Below are positions 46,845-56,769 of a stretch of DNA of 64,000 nucleotides, one piece after another (positions within the stretch are counted from its first letter, which is position 1; every line of letters starts with the position of its first letter). Made by a program: the position numbers and the translations under genes. The stretch comes from a candidate division WOR-3 bacterium (GTDB lineage Bacteria > Hydrothermota > Tepidihabitantia > B3-TA06): assembly GCA_965649265.1 (NCBI GenBank), contig CBFGKC010000003.1, positions 51,776 to 115,775 of the forward strand, given 5' to 3'. The notes under the pieces were generated by a model that worked only from the letters and a program-made list of their open reading frames with translations, made no database searches and was not told the origin of the DNA.

Positions 46845-47797
46845 TGGCTTTACCCTATGGATACAACACCAGAGGTTTTACCCCTCAGTGGTGTTACTCG
46901 CATATAAAGGACGTTATCTCTACCTTGAAGAACGTGTTCGGTGTGGAGCATTTCATGGGGCGCGAGGAGTTCTTCATAGGATACGAGGAACTCGACCCGC
47001 GCGCATTAGAGGTTCTTCACTTGCCTACGGCAGTCATCAGGTGCACCGGTTTTACGCCCGGCAATTCCCTGCGTCAAAGTCCTTCCGAAACGTTCTACTT
47101 TCCCGGTGAAATCGCTCATTCGGGATCGGGAACCGCGACGGCTGCACTCACGGGTAAGCACAAAGGGAACAATAGATTCAGACTGGTTATAACAGAATCC
47201 GGAACGGTAGGAATGGACGGAGGATACGAGCTTTTCAAAACCGAGTGGACTGGGTCAGCGTGGGGAACGGAAACGAGCGTCGCATCCGGGGCTGTGCCCG
47301 TCGACGGAAGGATATTCGTCGGCAACGGTCAGATTTTATGTCTCGAAACCGGTAAAACGGTCGTCCTCGGCGACACCTATTCATGGGAAACCCAGGCTTA
47401 TAAAGTAAGTTCCATTCTTGGCCGGAACGTAACGGCGCGTTTTACTGTCGATCTCTATCTCTGGAAGCCCATGGAGATCATATTCAGTCCGCACAATCTT
47501 CTCAACCAGGCGCTGCTTCTTTTCAACTACCGTTCCTGGTTCGTGGAGTCGTTCGCAGGGCATGGAGTGGAGATTGAGGAAGCCCTCACGAACGTCCGAC
47601 CTCACAACGAACGAATAGAGATAGTCTCGGTGGACGAGAAAGGCAATCCACAAAGTTCTACGCGACCGGTCTTCATGCTATCTCTGGACCTCGAATACAA
47701 GGGGCCGGATTCCGGGAAAGAACCGGTATGCTTCACAGCTGACGTCCAGCCTCTCGTGGTTCCGGACATAGAAGAAGTCAAAATCCCCGAAGATTAG
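46844..47797 (+). CDS. putative tail terminator/completion protein with inserted sheath-like beta domain
   Basis: Position between G and sheath; LPTAVI; central domain resembles the sheath insertion. Confidence 0.55.
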   Translation: MALPYGYNTRGFTPQWCYSHIKDVISTLKNVFGVEHFMGREEFFIGYEELDPRALEVLHLPTAVIRCTGFTPGNSLRQSPSETFYFPGEIAHSGSGTATAALTGKHKGNNRFRLVITESGTVGMDGGYELFKTEWTGSAWGTETSVASGAVPVDGRIFVGNGQILCLETGKTVVLGDTYSWETQAYKVSSILGRNVTARFTVDLYLWKPMEIIFSPHNLLNQALLLFNYRSWFVESFAGHGVEIEEALTNVRPHNERIEIVSVDEKGNPQSSTRPVFMLSLDLEYKGPDSGKEPVCFTADVQPLVVPDIEEVKIPED

Positions 47798-47807
47798 GAG
47801 GAATCGA

Positions 47808-48098
47808 ATGTCAGAAGAAAAACAAACCGAGTCGAAGACTCCCGGAAAGAAAACCCAGGAGTCAACTCAATCCAGGCTGGAACCGGGTGAATCGAAACCT
47901 TCCGTTCCGGTCAAGGAGGCGCAAGTGACAAAGAAAGAAGAAAAGAGGGCGTTCTCTAAACTCGTCGAGGAAGCGAGGCTCACTCCCGCCCGCACGTACG
48001 TTATCAAGCATCATACGGGCTGGACGGACGACACTCTCGTTTCTCGCGCCGAGTTCGACGACGCCATAAATAAACACCTCAAAGGAAAGGGGAACTGA
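47808..48098 (+). CDS. small hypothetical protein preceding the sheath
   Basis: AGGAGG RBS; GW....VS.AEF..A motif. Confidence 0.6.
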   Translation: MSEEKQTESKTPGKKTQESTQSRLEPGESKPSVPVKEAQVTKKEEKRAFSKLVEEARLTPARTYVIKHHTGWTDDTLVSRAEFDDAINKHLKGKGN

Positions 48099-49933
48099 TG
48101 CCAGTACGCGATTTGCCGGGTTATTACCCGGAAATACAGGACGGCGGACTCGGTGTCCTTCCTCCTTCACTCGCGGGACTTTTCTGCATCGTAGGAACGG
48201 CGGAAAAAGGCTCGACCGACGTCAAATTCGCCTTCAATGCCGATGACGTATTCGAGGAGTACGGATACGGAACGATCCTCGAAAAGGCTATGGACGCCTT
48301 CTCAGCGGGCGCAGCCCAGATAGGGATCGTTCGTGCTCGTTCGGAGTCGGTCGCGACACCCATCACGACGCCGGTTCACAAGAAGTTCGGTTCGCCTACG
48401 GGCGGCGGTAAGGCTACCTTTACGGTAGGTCTCGTTTCTCCGCACGTCGTCGTCGGTTCGAACCGCCGGTTCGTGATCCGCATCGTAAAGGGCGGTTCGT
48501 TCTCTACCGCCACATACGAACTTTCATCGAATGGCGGCATAACGTTCAGCCCGGAGACGCGGTTCACGATAACCACGCCCGGAACGCCGAACAAGTCGAA
48601 GATCGACGTCGGTAACGGAACCTACATCGAGTTTTCGGAGTTCAATACGACTCCGGCGGACAGTTTCCTCGCGGGCGACGAGTATCGCTGGTGGACGTAC
48701 GAGACTCGCGCGACTATGACCGAGTTAATAGCCGCCTGTGAGCGAGCGCTCGGCTGGAAGGATTCGAACACCGGTCAGGGTTTCGAGTACGTCTACGTCG
48801 GGTGTCTTGACTCCACGACATGGGGTTCCAGGACGAAAACGAACATTACCGCCTTATGGGGCGCGCTCATCACCGCAGCCGACACTCTCTGGACTCAGGA
48901 GCAGAGACCAGTCTTCTTCGGCGTCGACGCTCCGCCTATGCTTCCCATGAAAGCGGAAGACGCAACCGAAGAACTCGACGACTGGATCGATCTTCTCGTC
49001 TCCTGTTCGGCAGCAAAACGCGATCCCAGGCTCTGGGTCAACGCCGGGCAGATGCTCGCGGTCGACGATAGAGGCGACGTTCAGGTGCACATGGCCGGAG
49101 GTTCGGCAGCCGGACTCATATCGGCCGCAAAACTTCACCATTCCATAGGCTGGGTCCGTACTATGGACGTTCCGAACGCCATTGCGGTCTATCCGTACAA
49201 ACCACCGTTCGACGTGGCAGACGAGAATCTAGGAACCGGCGACGGCTCGAAGAAGACCTTCTTCGGTTTCCTCGCCAAGTCGCCGGTGGTGCCCTGGACG
49301 GTCAAGATCACCTCGAACGACACCGCACCCGAGGAGTTCGTGGATGGCGGCGACGGTAAGCTCTACGATTCGACCTCGGGTGCTCTTGCCGGAACCATAG
49401 ACTACTTCACGGGGTATTACTCGGTCACTTTCGTAGCCGCTCCTGCGGCGACCAAGATAGTCTCTGCGGACTACCAGTACGTAACCCGCGACGAAATGGA
49501 CAAGGGACATGTATCCCTCCTCAACGACGCCCGTTTTCTCACCATGCGTCACTGGATGGGCTACGGAATACGCTTCACGGACGACTGGATGATGGCTCCC
49601 GCCACATCGGACTACTTCTGCATTCGCAACCGACGGATAGTCGACGAAGCAGTTCGCCAGGTCGGAATAGCGAACACTCCTTACGTCAACTCTCCGGGAA
49701 TCACCCCAAGGGACATGGGAGCTTACAAAGCCGATCTTTCGAGGCCTCTGGACGCCATGAAGATCACGGATACCGATACCGACAAACCGATAATGGACTT
49801 CAAGATAACGCTCACACCCGACGCGAACGTCTGGTCCAACGGTATCATCCACGCTAAGGTCGAGATAGTTCCCACGCCGACCAAGAAGAAGCTCGAAGCC
49901 GTGTTCGTTCTCAAAACTAAAGTCAGCGAGTAG
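48098..49933 (+). CDS. tail sheath protein (DUF2586-like)
   Basis: IQDGGLG N-terminus; L.DARF.T.R...G.G...M....SDY..I..RR.VD.A.R. Confidence 0.85.
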   Translation: MPVRDLPGYYPEIQDGGLGVLPPSLAGLFCIVGTAEKGSTDVKFAFNADDVFEEYGYGTILEKAMDAFSAGAAQIGIVRARSESVATPITTPVHKKFGSPTGGGKATFTVGLVSPHVVVGSNRRFVIRIVKGGSFSTATYELSSNGGITFSPETRFTITTPGTPNKSKIDVGNGTYIEFSEFNTTPADSFLAGDEYRWWTYETRATMTELIAACERALGWKDSNTGQGFEYVYVGCLDSTTWGSRTKTNITALWGALITAADTLWTQEQRPVFFGVDAPPMLPMKAEDATEELDDWIDLLVSCSAAKRDPRLWVNAGQMLAVDDRGDVQVHMAGGSAAGLISAAKLHHSIGWVRTMDVPNAIAVYPYKPPFDVADENLGTGDGSKKTFFGFLAKSPVVPWTVKITSNDTAPEEFVDGGDGKLYDSTSGALAGTIDYFTGYYSVTFVAAPAATKIVSADYQYVTRDEMDKGHVSLLNDARFLTMRHWMGYGIRFTDDWMMAPATSDYFCIRNRRIVDEAVRQVGIANTPYVNSPGITPRDMGAYKADLSRPLDAMKITDTDTDKPIMDFKITLTPDANVWSNGIIHAKVEIVPTPTKKKLEAVFVLKTKVSE

Positions 49934-49941
49934 GAGGATAT

Positions 49942-50418
49942 ATGGCAGGCACGATCCTTTTGAACAAGAAGATACATGACTGGTCGGACGTGGACGTTAA
50001 GTTCCTGATCCCGAAACTGGGGCAGCCCGATCTCGACAAGGGCATAACCGCCATCAACTGGAAGGCGGAACAAGCGAAGGAGCTTCAGTATGCCCAGGGC
50101 ACGAAACCCTACGGAGTAGGGCACGGACACAAGACCTACTCGTGCGACTTTACCCTCGTTCTTCATGCCGCAGAGCTTTTCGAGACCATAGCTATGGCGG
50201 CAAGCATGGACGCGACCGATTACGTTCCCTTCGACGTTTTCATTCAGTACATGGAGAAAGAAGACGACGGGCAGGGTCTGCTCAAGGCCGTTCCCGGACT
50301 CAAGACGACTACGCTGAAAGACGTCACCATCACCGGAGTCGAGGAGTCGCTCGACGAGGGAACCCAGAAGATTGTTCGCAAGTACACCTGTATCTGCGGC
50401 GGAATAAATAAAACCTAA
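49942..50418 (+). CDS. tail tube protein
   Basis: N.K..DWSDV, ITAINW, YAQG.KP.G.G.G, PFD....Y; follows the sheath. Confidence 0.8.
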   Translation: MAGTILLNKKIHDWSDVDVKFLIPKLGQPDLDKGITAINWKAEQAKELQYAQGTKPYGVGHGHKTYSCDFTLVLHAAELFETIAMAASMDATDYVPFDVFIQYMEKEDDGQGLLKAVPGLKTTTLKDVTITGVEESLDEGTQKIVRKYTCICGGINKT

Positions 50419-50487
50419 AAAACTTAATCGTTCCTGCCGGGATTTGCAAAGCGCGAGTTCCGGCATGAACTTTCCGAAGGAGCCGTA

Positions 50488-50853
50488 ATGGACGCAGAAA
50501 GAAAGACAAACGAACACCGGATAGAACCGGAAAAGATAGCCGAACTCAAGAAATCATATCCCGTGATGAAGCTCGTCACGTTCAATCTCGAAAAGGAAGA
50601 CGGTTCGGTGGAGATATGGGAAGCGCTCTTTACCAAGCCTTCACCTCTCGTCTTCAAGAACACATCCAATCAGGCGCAGTCAGGGGATGCATATTCCGCA
50701 TCGGCCACCCTCGTCCTCAACACCCTCGTCTTTCCCTCGAAAGACACCATGCGCCGACTCATCGAGGAAGACCCTTCCATCGCAGCAAAGGTTTGCGGTG
50801 AGTTGGGTGATCTCATGTCCTCGGTGTCGGAGATCAGTTCAAAAAAAGTATAG
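50488..50853 (+). CDS. tail assembly chaperone (G)
   Basis: IAELKKSY...KP; between tube and tape measure; ends in a slippery A7 run. Confidence 0.75.
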   Translation: MDAERKTNEHRIEPEKIAELKKSYPVMKLVTFNLEKEDGSVEIWEALFTKPSPLVFKNTSNQAQSGDAYSASATLVLNTLVFPSKDTMRRLIEEDPSIAAKVCGELGDLMSSVSEISSKKV

Positions 50854-51089
50854 AGTGGCTGCGTGAATATAGGAACGAAGCCCGCACGAATTACGTCTCG
50901 CAAGCGCTCGCACGATACATTCTCCGGTACGGAGAACTTCCGGACGGACCGCCCGAGAAGCGAGAAGAAGAATGGGCTTTGTTCTGGGAGCGAATCGCGG
51001 CCATCTATATCGAGGACGACCGGATGGTCGAAGTGATTGCCAAAGGAGTACATAAAGCCCTGATTCAGGCGTTCGGAGGAACTGACTGA
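50841..51089 (+). CDS. -1 frameshift extension of the tail chaperone (GT)
   Basis: A AAA AAA at 50841-50847; -1 frame open (SIEWLREY...AFGGTD) to TGA 51087-51089, overlapping the tape measure ATG. Confidence 0.75.
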   Translation, partial: KKSIEWLREYRNEARTNYVSQALARYILRYGELPDGPPEKREEEWALFWERIAAIYIEDDRMVEVIAKGVHKALIQAFGGTD

Positions 51090-53653
51090 TGGCCGACAGG
51101 TCGTTCACCGTAGAAATGCTCCTCGAATGGATAAACAAGAATCAGGGACTCGTACAGGCGATGGCGCAGGGAAAGACCCTCCAGGAACAGACCAAAGGCC
51201 TGCGCGAGGATTTCAAGAAGTCTCTCGCGCAGGTCGGCGCTTTCTTTGAGAGAGGGTTCACGGGGATGGTGAACTTCGGAAAGAAAGCTATGGTTATCGG
51301 CGGTCTGGCCGCCGCCGCTTTCGGGGGAATGACCGCCAAATTAATACAGGCGGGTGATCAGTGGAACGATTATAGGGACAACATCGAAACGGTCGTTAAA
51401 GACCAGGAACAAGCGAATAAACTCATCGAGTATACGGGAGGACTGAGCTTCAAGCTACCTTTCGAGAAATCCGACATCCAGGAATCAATCCGGCTCATGA
51501 CCATATTCGGGTACAAACCCCAGGAGTGGATCAATACTTTCGGCGACGCCGCTCTGGTAGCGCATACATCCCTGGCCGACATTACCCAGGCCTTCGGAAA
51601 GGCGAGAGTGACCGGCGGACAGTCGCTTAGAGGACTCACGGCGCAGCTCGCCATAACTGACGATCAGTTGAAAGCTATGGGCTGGAGCGGTAAGGCCGAG
51701 GATATAACCGGACTCGAAAAGGCAATGAAAGCTCTCATAGAAACCCGATTCGGCGGACGCATGGCTAAGGAAATGAACGAGGCCAAGTCCGCTATCCAGA
51801 ATCTCAAGAACGGCTTTTCCTGGTTTATGGGCGAGGTGGGTTCGAAGATACTCTCTACGCTCGCGCCCGATCTCGTCTCACTGCGAGAGAAGTTCTTTAA
51901 ACTTTACGAATCCGGCAAGCTAAAGGAGTGGGCGCAAAGGGTAGCGGACGGATTCAAGATGATCTGGGATGGTTTGAAGAAGGCAGGAGAGGTGGTCTGG
52001 AAGTTCGCGAAGCCGATATTGAACTTCTTCAAGGAACACCCCAAGATGGTTTCCTGGGCCATTGCTGCCGTGGGCGTCGGAGGCGCGCTCACGTTCCTTG
52101 GCGGAGGCCTCTCGTTCGTGTTAGGCAAAATAGGTCAACTCGGGATCGGACTCTTTCGAGGGATAGGGCAGTTGAAGAACTTCGGGGGAGCGGTAGGAAA
52201 GTTGTTCACGACACTTCGCGCGGGCGGCGGCGTATCCGGAATGCTCGCCGGAAAGGGCGGCTTGCTTGGAGGCATAGGACAGATAGCCGGAGGCCTGGGT
52301 GGTAAACTGTCGGGGATGGGCGGAATCGGAGGTAAGATAGGCGGTTTACTCGGTGGAGGAGGAGCGGCAGCCGGAGGTGCAGGCGGAATAGTGGCGACCC
52401 TTTCCGCAGCGCTGCCCATAATCGGAGCCGTAATAGCCGCAGCCGCACTCTTCGCGACCGCCTGGAAGAAGAACTTTTCAGGGATCAGAGAAGAAACCAA
52501 GAAAGCCTTCCAGCCTCTGGGTGACATAGCACGTCAACTCGTAGGTCTTCCGAAGAGTGCTGGCAGCCCGCTCAAAGCCATTGGAAACGTCTTCAAGGAA
52601 ACGTGGCAAGGACTCGCCCGCGTTGCCGCTCCCATATTCAACTTCTTGATAAAATCCATGACGGCGCCATTCCGAATCCTCAAAGCCATTGCGACGCCGA
52701 TCATAGACGCTATAAAGAAAGTACTCGAAGCTTTCGGGGTAGTGGGAAAAGGAAGCGCGTCGGGGATCAAAACCGCGTTCGAGGGACTCGGAAAGGTGTT
52801 CGATTGGCTCTTTAAAGGACTCGGCAAGATAATAGACTGGATAATAGAACCTATAGTCTGGGGTATCGGAATGATCGTCAAGGGTATCCAATGGCTCACG
52901 AAAACGCTTGGACTCAACAAAGAAAACGTCTCGAAGTTCGGCAAGAACCTCAAGGCGGAATTCGAAGGCATAGGCAAGGTTGTGAAGTGGGTCGTGGGTC
53001 TCATAGGCCTGATCTGGTCGAAGATAATCGGAAAGATCGTAGACTGGTTCAAGGGACTCGTGGAGAAGATCTCCGGCCCCGTGCAAAAGATAGGTCAGTT
53101 CTTCAAGGGGCTTTGGGACGGAATAGTCAAAGGCGCCGTTGCCGCATGGAACTGGATAAAGACGAAGCTAATCGATCCCCTGGTTAAGGCGTTCAATTGG
53201 CTCAGGGATAAAGTGTTCAAGCCCATTGCTGACTTCTTTGGCAATCTCTTCAAGCCCCTTATAGACGGTGTAAAAGCCGTGTTCAAATGGATAGGTGATC
53301 TGTTAGCCAAAGCACCAGGCTGGCTCATGAAAACTCTCGGTATCACCGAGTCCGATCTTCTTAAGCTCAAGGGCTGGGTTTCGGGTCCTATGGGGCCACA
53401 GAAACCTGCGGGCATTCCAGGAAGGGCAGGAGAGGCAGGTTCAGAAGCAGGCGCACCACCGACACCGGGTGGAGAATTGGCAGGGGCAGGCGCCGGAGGT
53501 TCTTCCGGAGGCGGCGGACCTTCAATAAACTACTGGCAAACCCATAACCATTATGAACGAGGTTCGATAATAATTAACAACAGCGGCGACCCTGCAGCCA
53601 TGAAAAAGGTCTTACTCGAAATATTCGGGCAAGAGGCTCTGGCGACGACATGA
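51089..53653 (+). CDS. tape measure protein
   Basis: LPFE...GDAA tape-measure domain, NLK, Gly/Ala-rich hydrophobic middle, periodic W/F repeats. Confidence 0.9.
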   Translation: MADRSFTVEMLLEWINKNQGLVQAMAQGKTLQEQTKGLREDFKKSLAQVGAFFERGFTGMVNFGKKAMVIGGLAAAAFGGMTAKLIQAGDQWNDYRDNIETVVKDQEQANKLIEYTGGLSFKLPFEKSDIQESIRLMTIFGYKPQEWINTFGDAALVAHTSLADITQAFGKARVTGGQSLRGLTAQLAITDDQLKAMGWSGKAEDITGLEKAMKALIETRFGGRMAKEMNEAKSAIQNLKNGFSWFMGEVGSKILSTLAPDLVSLREKFFKLYESGKLKEWAQRVADGFKMIWDGLKKAGEVVWKFAKPILNFFKEHPKMVSWAIAAVGVGGALTFLGGGLSFVLGKIGQLGIGLFRGIGQLKNFGGAVGKLFTTLRAGGGVSGMLAGKGGLLGGIGQIAGGLGGKLSGMGGIGGKIGGLLGGGGAAAGGAGGIVATLSAALPIIGAVIAAAALFATAWKKNFSGIREETKKAFQPLGDIARQLVGLPKSAGSPLKAIGNVFKETWQGLARVAAPIFNFLIKSMTAPFRILKAIATPIIDAIKKVLEAFGVVGKGSASGIKTAFEGLGKVFDWLFKGLGKIIDWIIEPIVWGIGMIVKGIQWLTKTLGLNKENVSKFGKNLKAEFEGIGKVVKWVVGLIGLIWSKIIGKIVDWFKGLVEKISGPVQKIGQFFKGLWDGIVKGAVAAWNWIKTKLIDPLVKAFNWLRDKVFKPIADFFGNLFKPLIDGVKAVFKWIGDLLAKAPGWLMKTLGITESDLLKLKGWVSGPMGPQKPAGIPGRAGEAGSEAGAPPTPGGELAGAGAGGSSGGGGPSINYWQTHNHYERGSIIINNSGDPAAMKKVLLEIFGQEALATT

Positions 53654-54201
53654 TAGACCCATATAACGTAACGAATCCCCTCGCGAAGCTTCCAGTATTC
53701 AACCAGGGACGTTCGGGCAGGCTGTACGGGCCTGTTCAGACCGAACTGGAACTCGGCGTAGAACCGGACAATCTGCTCTTTCGGCTTCCTTGCTGGTTCA
53801 CCATCGACGCCGCTCGCAAGATAACCGTTCATTCCGTTCCCGGACTTCCCGATACGGTCAAGATGGATATGGGATTCGACGGCTTCAAGATCAATATCGC
53901 GTCGCACGTCGGCGATTACGACATACGGGTCGTTTATAGGCTCCAGGGGCAGCAGCCGATCGTCGCCCTGGATACGGTTCACGATATAGTCGCTTATTTC
54001 CGAAACGTCGCCGGACCTATCTGGGCGGTGGATAAAGAAGGAGTGCTTTCCAAGATAGGCATCACTCACATCGTAATGACCGATGTTCACCTCGATCCCC
54101 AGCCGGACAGACCCGGAGTCTACAACATTTCGCTGTCGTGCCTTTCGGAACTTTCGCCGACGATGAGCGCCATAGAACTTCTTACCGAGGTTTCGGCATG
54201 A
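53650..54201 (+). CDS. putative tail tube initiator (gpU-like)
   Basis: Position after tape measure; KITVHSVPG..TVK, GI..IV, YNISLSCLSE. Confidence 0.6.
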   Translation: MIDPYNVTNPLAKLPVFNQGRSGRLYGPVQTELELGVEPDNLLFRLPCWFTIDAARKITVHSVPGLPDTVKMDMGFDGFKINIASHVGDYDIRVVYRLQGQQPIVALDTVHDIVAYFRNVAGPIWAVDKEGVLSKIGITHIVMTDVHLDPQPDRPGVYNISLSCLSELSPTMSAIELLTEVSA

Positions 54202-54632
54202 GTGAACGGCAGTTCATAGAGCACTATGTCGGGGCAAACGAGGACATATTCAAACTCGCAGAACTATACTACGGCAACGCCGAGCGCTGGACCGTCATCT
54301 ATCACGAAAACATCGACGTGATAGGCGACGATCCCGAAGCGCTCAAAGTAGGAACAAAGGTGAGAATACCTCTGGTCGAAACCTCCGAGGAACGCGGTGC
54401 CATGCCTGAAATTCCTTCCGAAGGAATGGATGCACATTACGACCCGCTCGTCTCCCTGGCAAAAGACAAATACGGCGATCAGACTATGGTTCTCGATATA
54501 AGGGAGCGTAATTCCTTAACCGACGATCGGATCGTCTTACCTGGAACGGCTCTGCGGTTTCCGGCCCAGGGCGAGAAGCACAACCTCAACCTGGCCCTTC
54601 GCTGGCGCCAACAATTCAGGAGGAAGCGGTAG
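54198..54632 (+). CDS. LysM / tail X-like protein (two LysM-like modules)
   Basis: H.V...EDIFKLAELYYG...W..IY..N...LKVG..RIP. Confidence 0.75.
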   Translation: MSERQFIEHYVGANEDIFKLAELYYGNAERWTVIYHENIDVIGDDPEALKVGTKVRIPLVETSEERGAMPEIPSEGMDAHYDPLVSLAKDKYGDQTMVLDIRERNSLTDDRIVLPGTALRFPAQGEKHNLNLALRWRQQFRRKR

Positions 54633-55717
54633 TGCCTTATCTCTTCCCTAAATTCGAACTCCGCCTGGGCGTCTATAGAGTAAACTACGTACAGAGCATC
54701 GCGATTATGCTCTCTCGCAAGCTTCCTTGTGATACTTGCGAAATAGAACTTCCCATGCTCAAGGAGTTCGATCTCGCTGAGTTCCGCAAGGACGGCCTGG
54801 CTCTCTCGTCCGAGGTGCAAGTCAAGCTCGGATACGACAACCCAGAGCCCTTGGTCGTTTTCTCCGGCGTCATCACCGAGATCTCGCCCAATATCCCCCT
54901 TAAGATCAAATGTGAAGATCATGGCTGGAATTTGAAACAGAAGCGATTCACGAAAAGCTTCACCAAAAAGGCTAAAGGTCCCCTCGGAGGTGAAGAAACC
55001 TGGTATTCGGAACTCGCCGCCTATGCCATAACACAGGCCGGACTCGAACCTCTCATCCCCACATCGGCAAGATATTCGAAAGATTCTGGTGACGTAGTTC
55101 GCGAAAGCTACAGGGTAGATCACCAGACTTGTGCCCAGGTGCTCGACGATCTCAAGAAGAACGGTTGGGATTACTTCTGTGTGCCCGGAACGAAGCAGAT
55201 TTACTTCGGTCCTGCCTGGCCGTGGGGACAAGGTATCATCAAGCAAGATCGCAAGTTCAGTTTTCGGTTCGGCTATCCCAACGAGTACAATCCCCAGAAC
55301 CCGCCGAATATCCTCTCATCTGACGGGCTTACTTTCACTCCCAGGGAAAAGGTAGGTAAGGTCATCGTCTGGTTCGTGGATTCGGAGTTTACTAAAACTG
55401 CAGTAAAGGGTGAGTACGGTTCAGGTGAACCTGTCAGAGAGTTCAGCTTCGAGGAATCGGTAGACGATAATGCGGAGGCCGTGGCCAGAGCGAGAGCGAA
55501 ACAGCTTCACCAGCAGTTGAATTCGAACTCGTTCACTGGTTCCTTCGATACCATAGGTCACCCGTTTCTTACTCATTCTGTCGAAATCTATCTCGAAGAC
55601 ACGCACCACCCGGAACGATCCGGTGACTACTGGATAGACCAGGTGGAGCACAAGTTCGGAACGGACGGATTCCTGACCACCGTTTCGCTCTGCGAGAGAG
55701 AGGAAGGCAGGCAATGA
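54632..55717 (+). CDS. baseplate hub (late control D / Mu P-like)
   Basis: DTCEIELP, V.VKLGY, FSG.I..I, IKCED, G.Y.I..VEH.FG..GF. Confidence 0.82.
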   Translation: MPYLFPKFELRLGVYRVNYVQSIAIMLSRKLPCDTCEIELPMLKEFDLAEFRKDGLALSSEVQVKLGYDNPEPLVVFSGVITEISPNIPLKIKCEDHGWNLKQKRFTKSFTKKAKGPLGGEETWYSELAAYAITQAGLEPLIPTSARYSKDSGDVVRESYRVDHQTCAQVLDDLKKNGWDYFCVPGTKQIYFGPAWPWGQGIIKQDRKFSFRFGYPNEYNPQNPPNILSSDGLTFTPREKVGKVIVWFVDSEFTKTAVKGEYGSGEPVREFSFEESVDDNAEAVARARAKQLHQQLNSNSFTGSFDTIGHPFLTHSVEIYLEDTHHPERSGDYWIDQVEHKFGTDGFLTTVSLCEREEGRQ

Positions 55718-56361
55718 GAAGACGCGACATCGTCACCCAACCGGGAAGCATAAGGAGTTCCCTTAACATGCTCGTGGAGCAAGGCAGCCAGGCCTTCATA
55801 GGCACCGTGGTGCACCGTCAGATTCCGAATGAAGCCGATTCCTTACGCAAGGGTCTCTATTGGTGCGACGTACAACCGGAGCGCGACACGGATGCGAAGG
55901 TCGAATACGTGCCCATGGCTTTGCGGGTAATGAACTACGAGGACGATTTCGGGATAATCATCGTGCCTAAACTCAATACCGAAGTGCTGGTCGCACTGGT
56001 CGACGGAAGGCCGACCATAGACTCGTGCCAGGAATGGGACAAGCTGATAATCAAGAAAGACGACTCCAATTATATCGTCTGGGATCTCGGCACGAACAAC
56101 GTAGAGATGAAGACATCGGGAACCATCACCATAGAAACGCCGCAAACGATCCTGGAAAAAGCCGGTCTAGAACACCAGACCGATTCACAGAAGATAATAC
56201 ATGGTCCTTTAGGTGCCTTCAGTCATTTGCTCGGCGAGATCGTTCAGGCTATCTACAATTCTCACACGCATATTTCTACCGCACCCACACTCCCGACCTC
56301 GCCGCCCGTGCCCTTGATTCCAAAAACCGCCCTCTCGAATAGGGTAAAACTGGATTCCTAA
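55714..56361 (+). CDS. baseplate central spike (gpV / Mu gp45-like)
   Basis: OB-fold N-terminus (CDVQP, VP...EVLV...G.P); C-terminal YNSHTH HxH tip. Confidence 0.8.
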   Translation: MRRRDIVTQPGSIRSSLNMLVEQGSQAFIGTVVHRQIPNEADSLRKGLYWCDVQPERDTDAKVEYVPMALRVMNYEDDFGIIIVPKLNTEVLVALVDGRPTIDSCQEWDKLIIKKDDSNYIVWDLGTNNVEMKTSGTITIETPQTILEKAGLEHQTDSQKIIHGPLGAFSHLLGEIVQAIYNSHTHISTAPTLPTSPPVPLIPKTALSNRVKLDS

Positions 56362-56369
56362 GGAGTTAA

Positions 56370-56759
56370 ATGTTTGATTTAGGCCGTGACGTAAAACTAG
56401 AACTGGATACCGAAGGCGCCATCCTTGACGTAAAGATCGTTGACGGTGACTTCGCACTCCTTGACGGCGAGGACTGCCTCAAGCAAGACCTCTTGAACGA
56501 ACTCTGGTGCCAGTATTACGATTGGGCGCTCGCTTTCACGGTCGGGTCAAGACTTCCGGAGTTCGTGAACATGCCGATGGCTGGGATCGTATTAGCGGAT
56601 TTGTACAATGCCATACGCGAACCCCTGGAACGAGAGATGAGGCTCGTATCCGGACGGTATAACATCCAGTTGACCGATGAAGGTTTCACTTGCGGAGTGG
56701 TTCCAAGAAACCGGGTACAGCCTAAAGAAATCTCTCTGGACATCCGGTTCAACAAGTAA
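56370..56759 (+). CDS. baseplate wedge gp25/W-like
   Basis: GDFALLDG.DCLKQDL...GS.L...E.R. Confidence 0.7.
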   Translation: MFDLGRDVKLELDTEGAILDVKIVDGDFALLDGEDCLKQDLLNELWCQYYDWALAFTVGSRLPEFVNMPMAGIVLADLYNAIREPLEREMRLVSGRYNIQLTDEGFTCGVVPRNRVQPKEISLDIRFNK

Positions 56760-56769
56760 GGAGGATTCG

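Noticed and set aside
52060-53340. Gly-rich and periodic repeats in the tape measure
   Set aside because: Normal tape measure low-complexity and W/F periodicity
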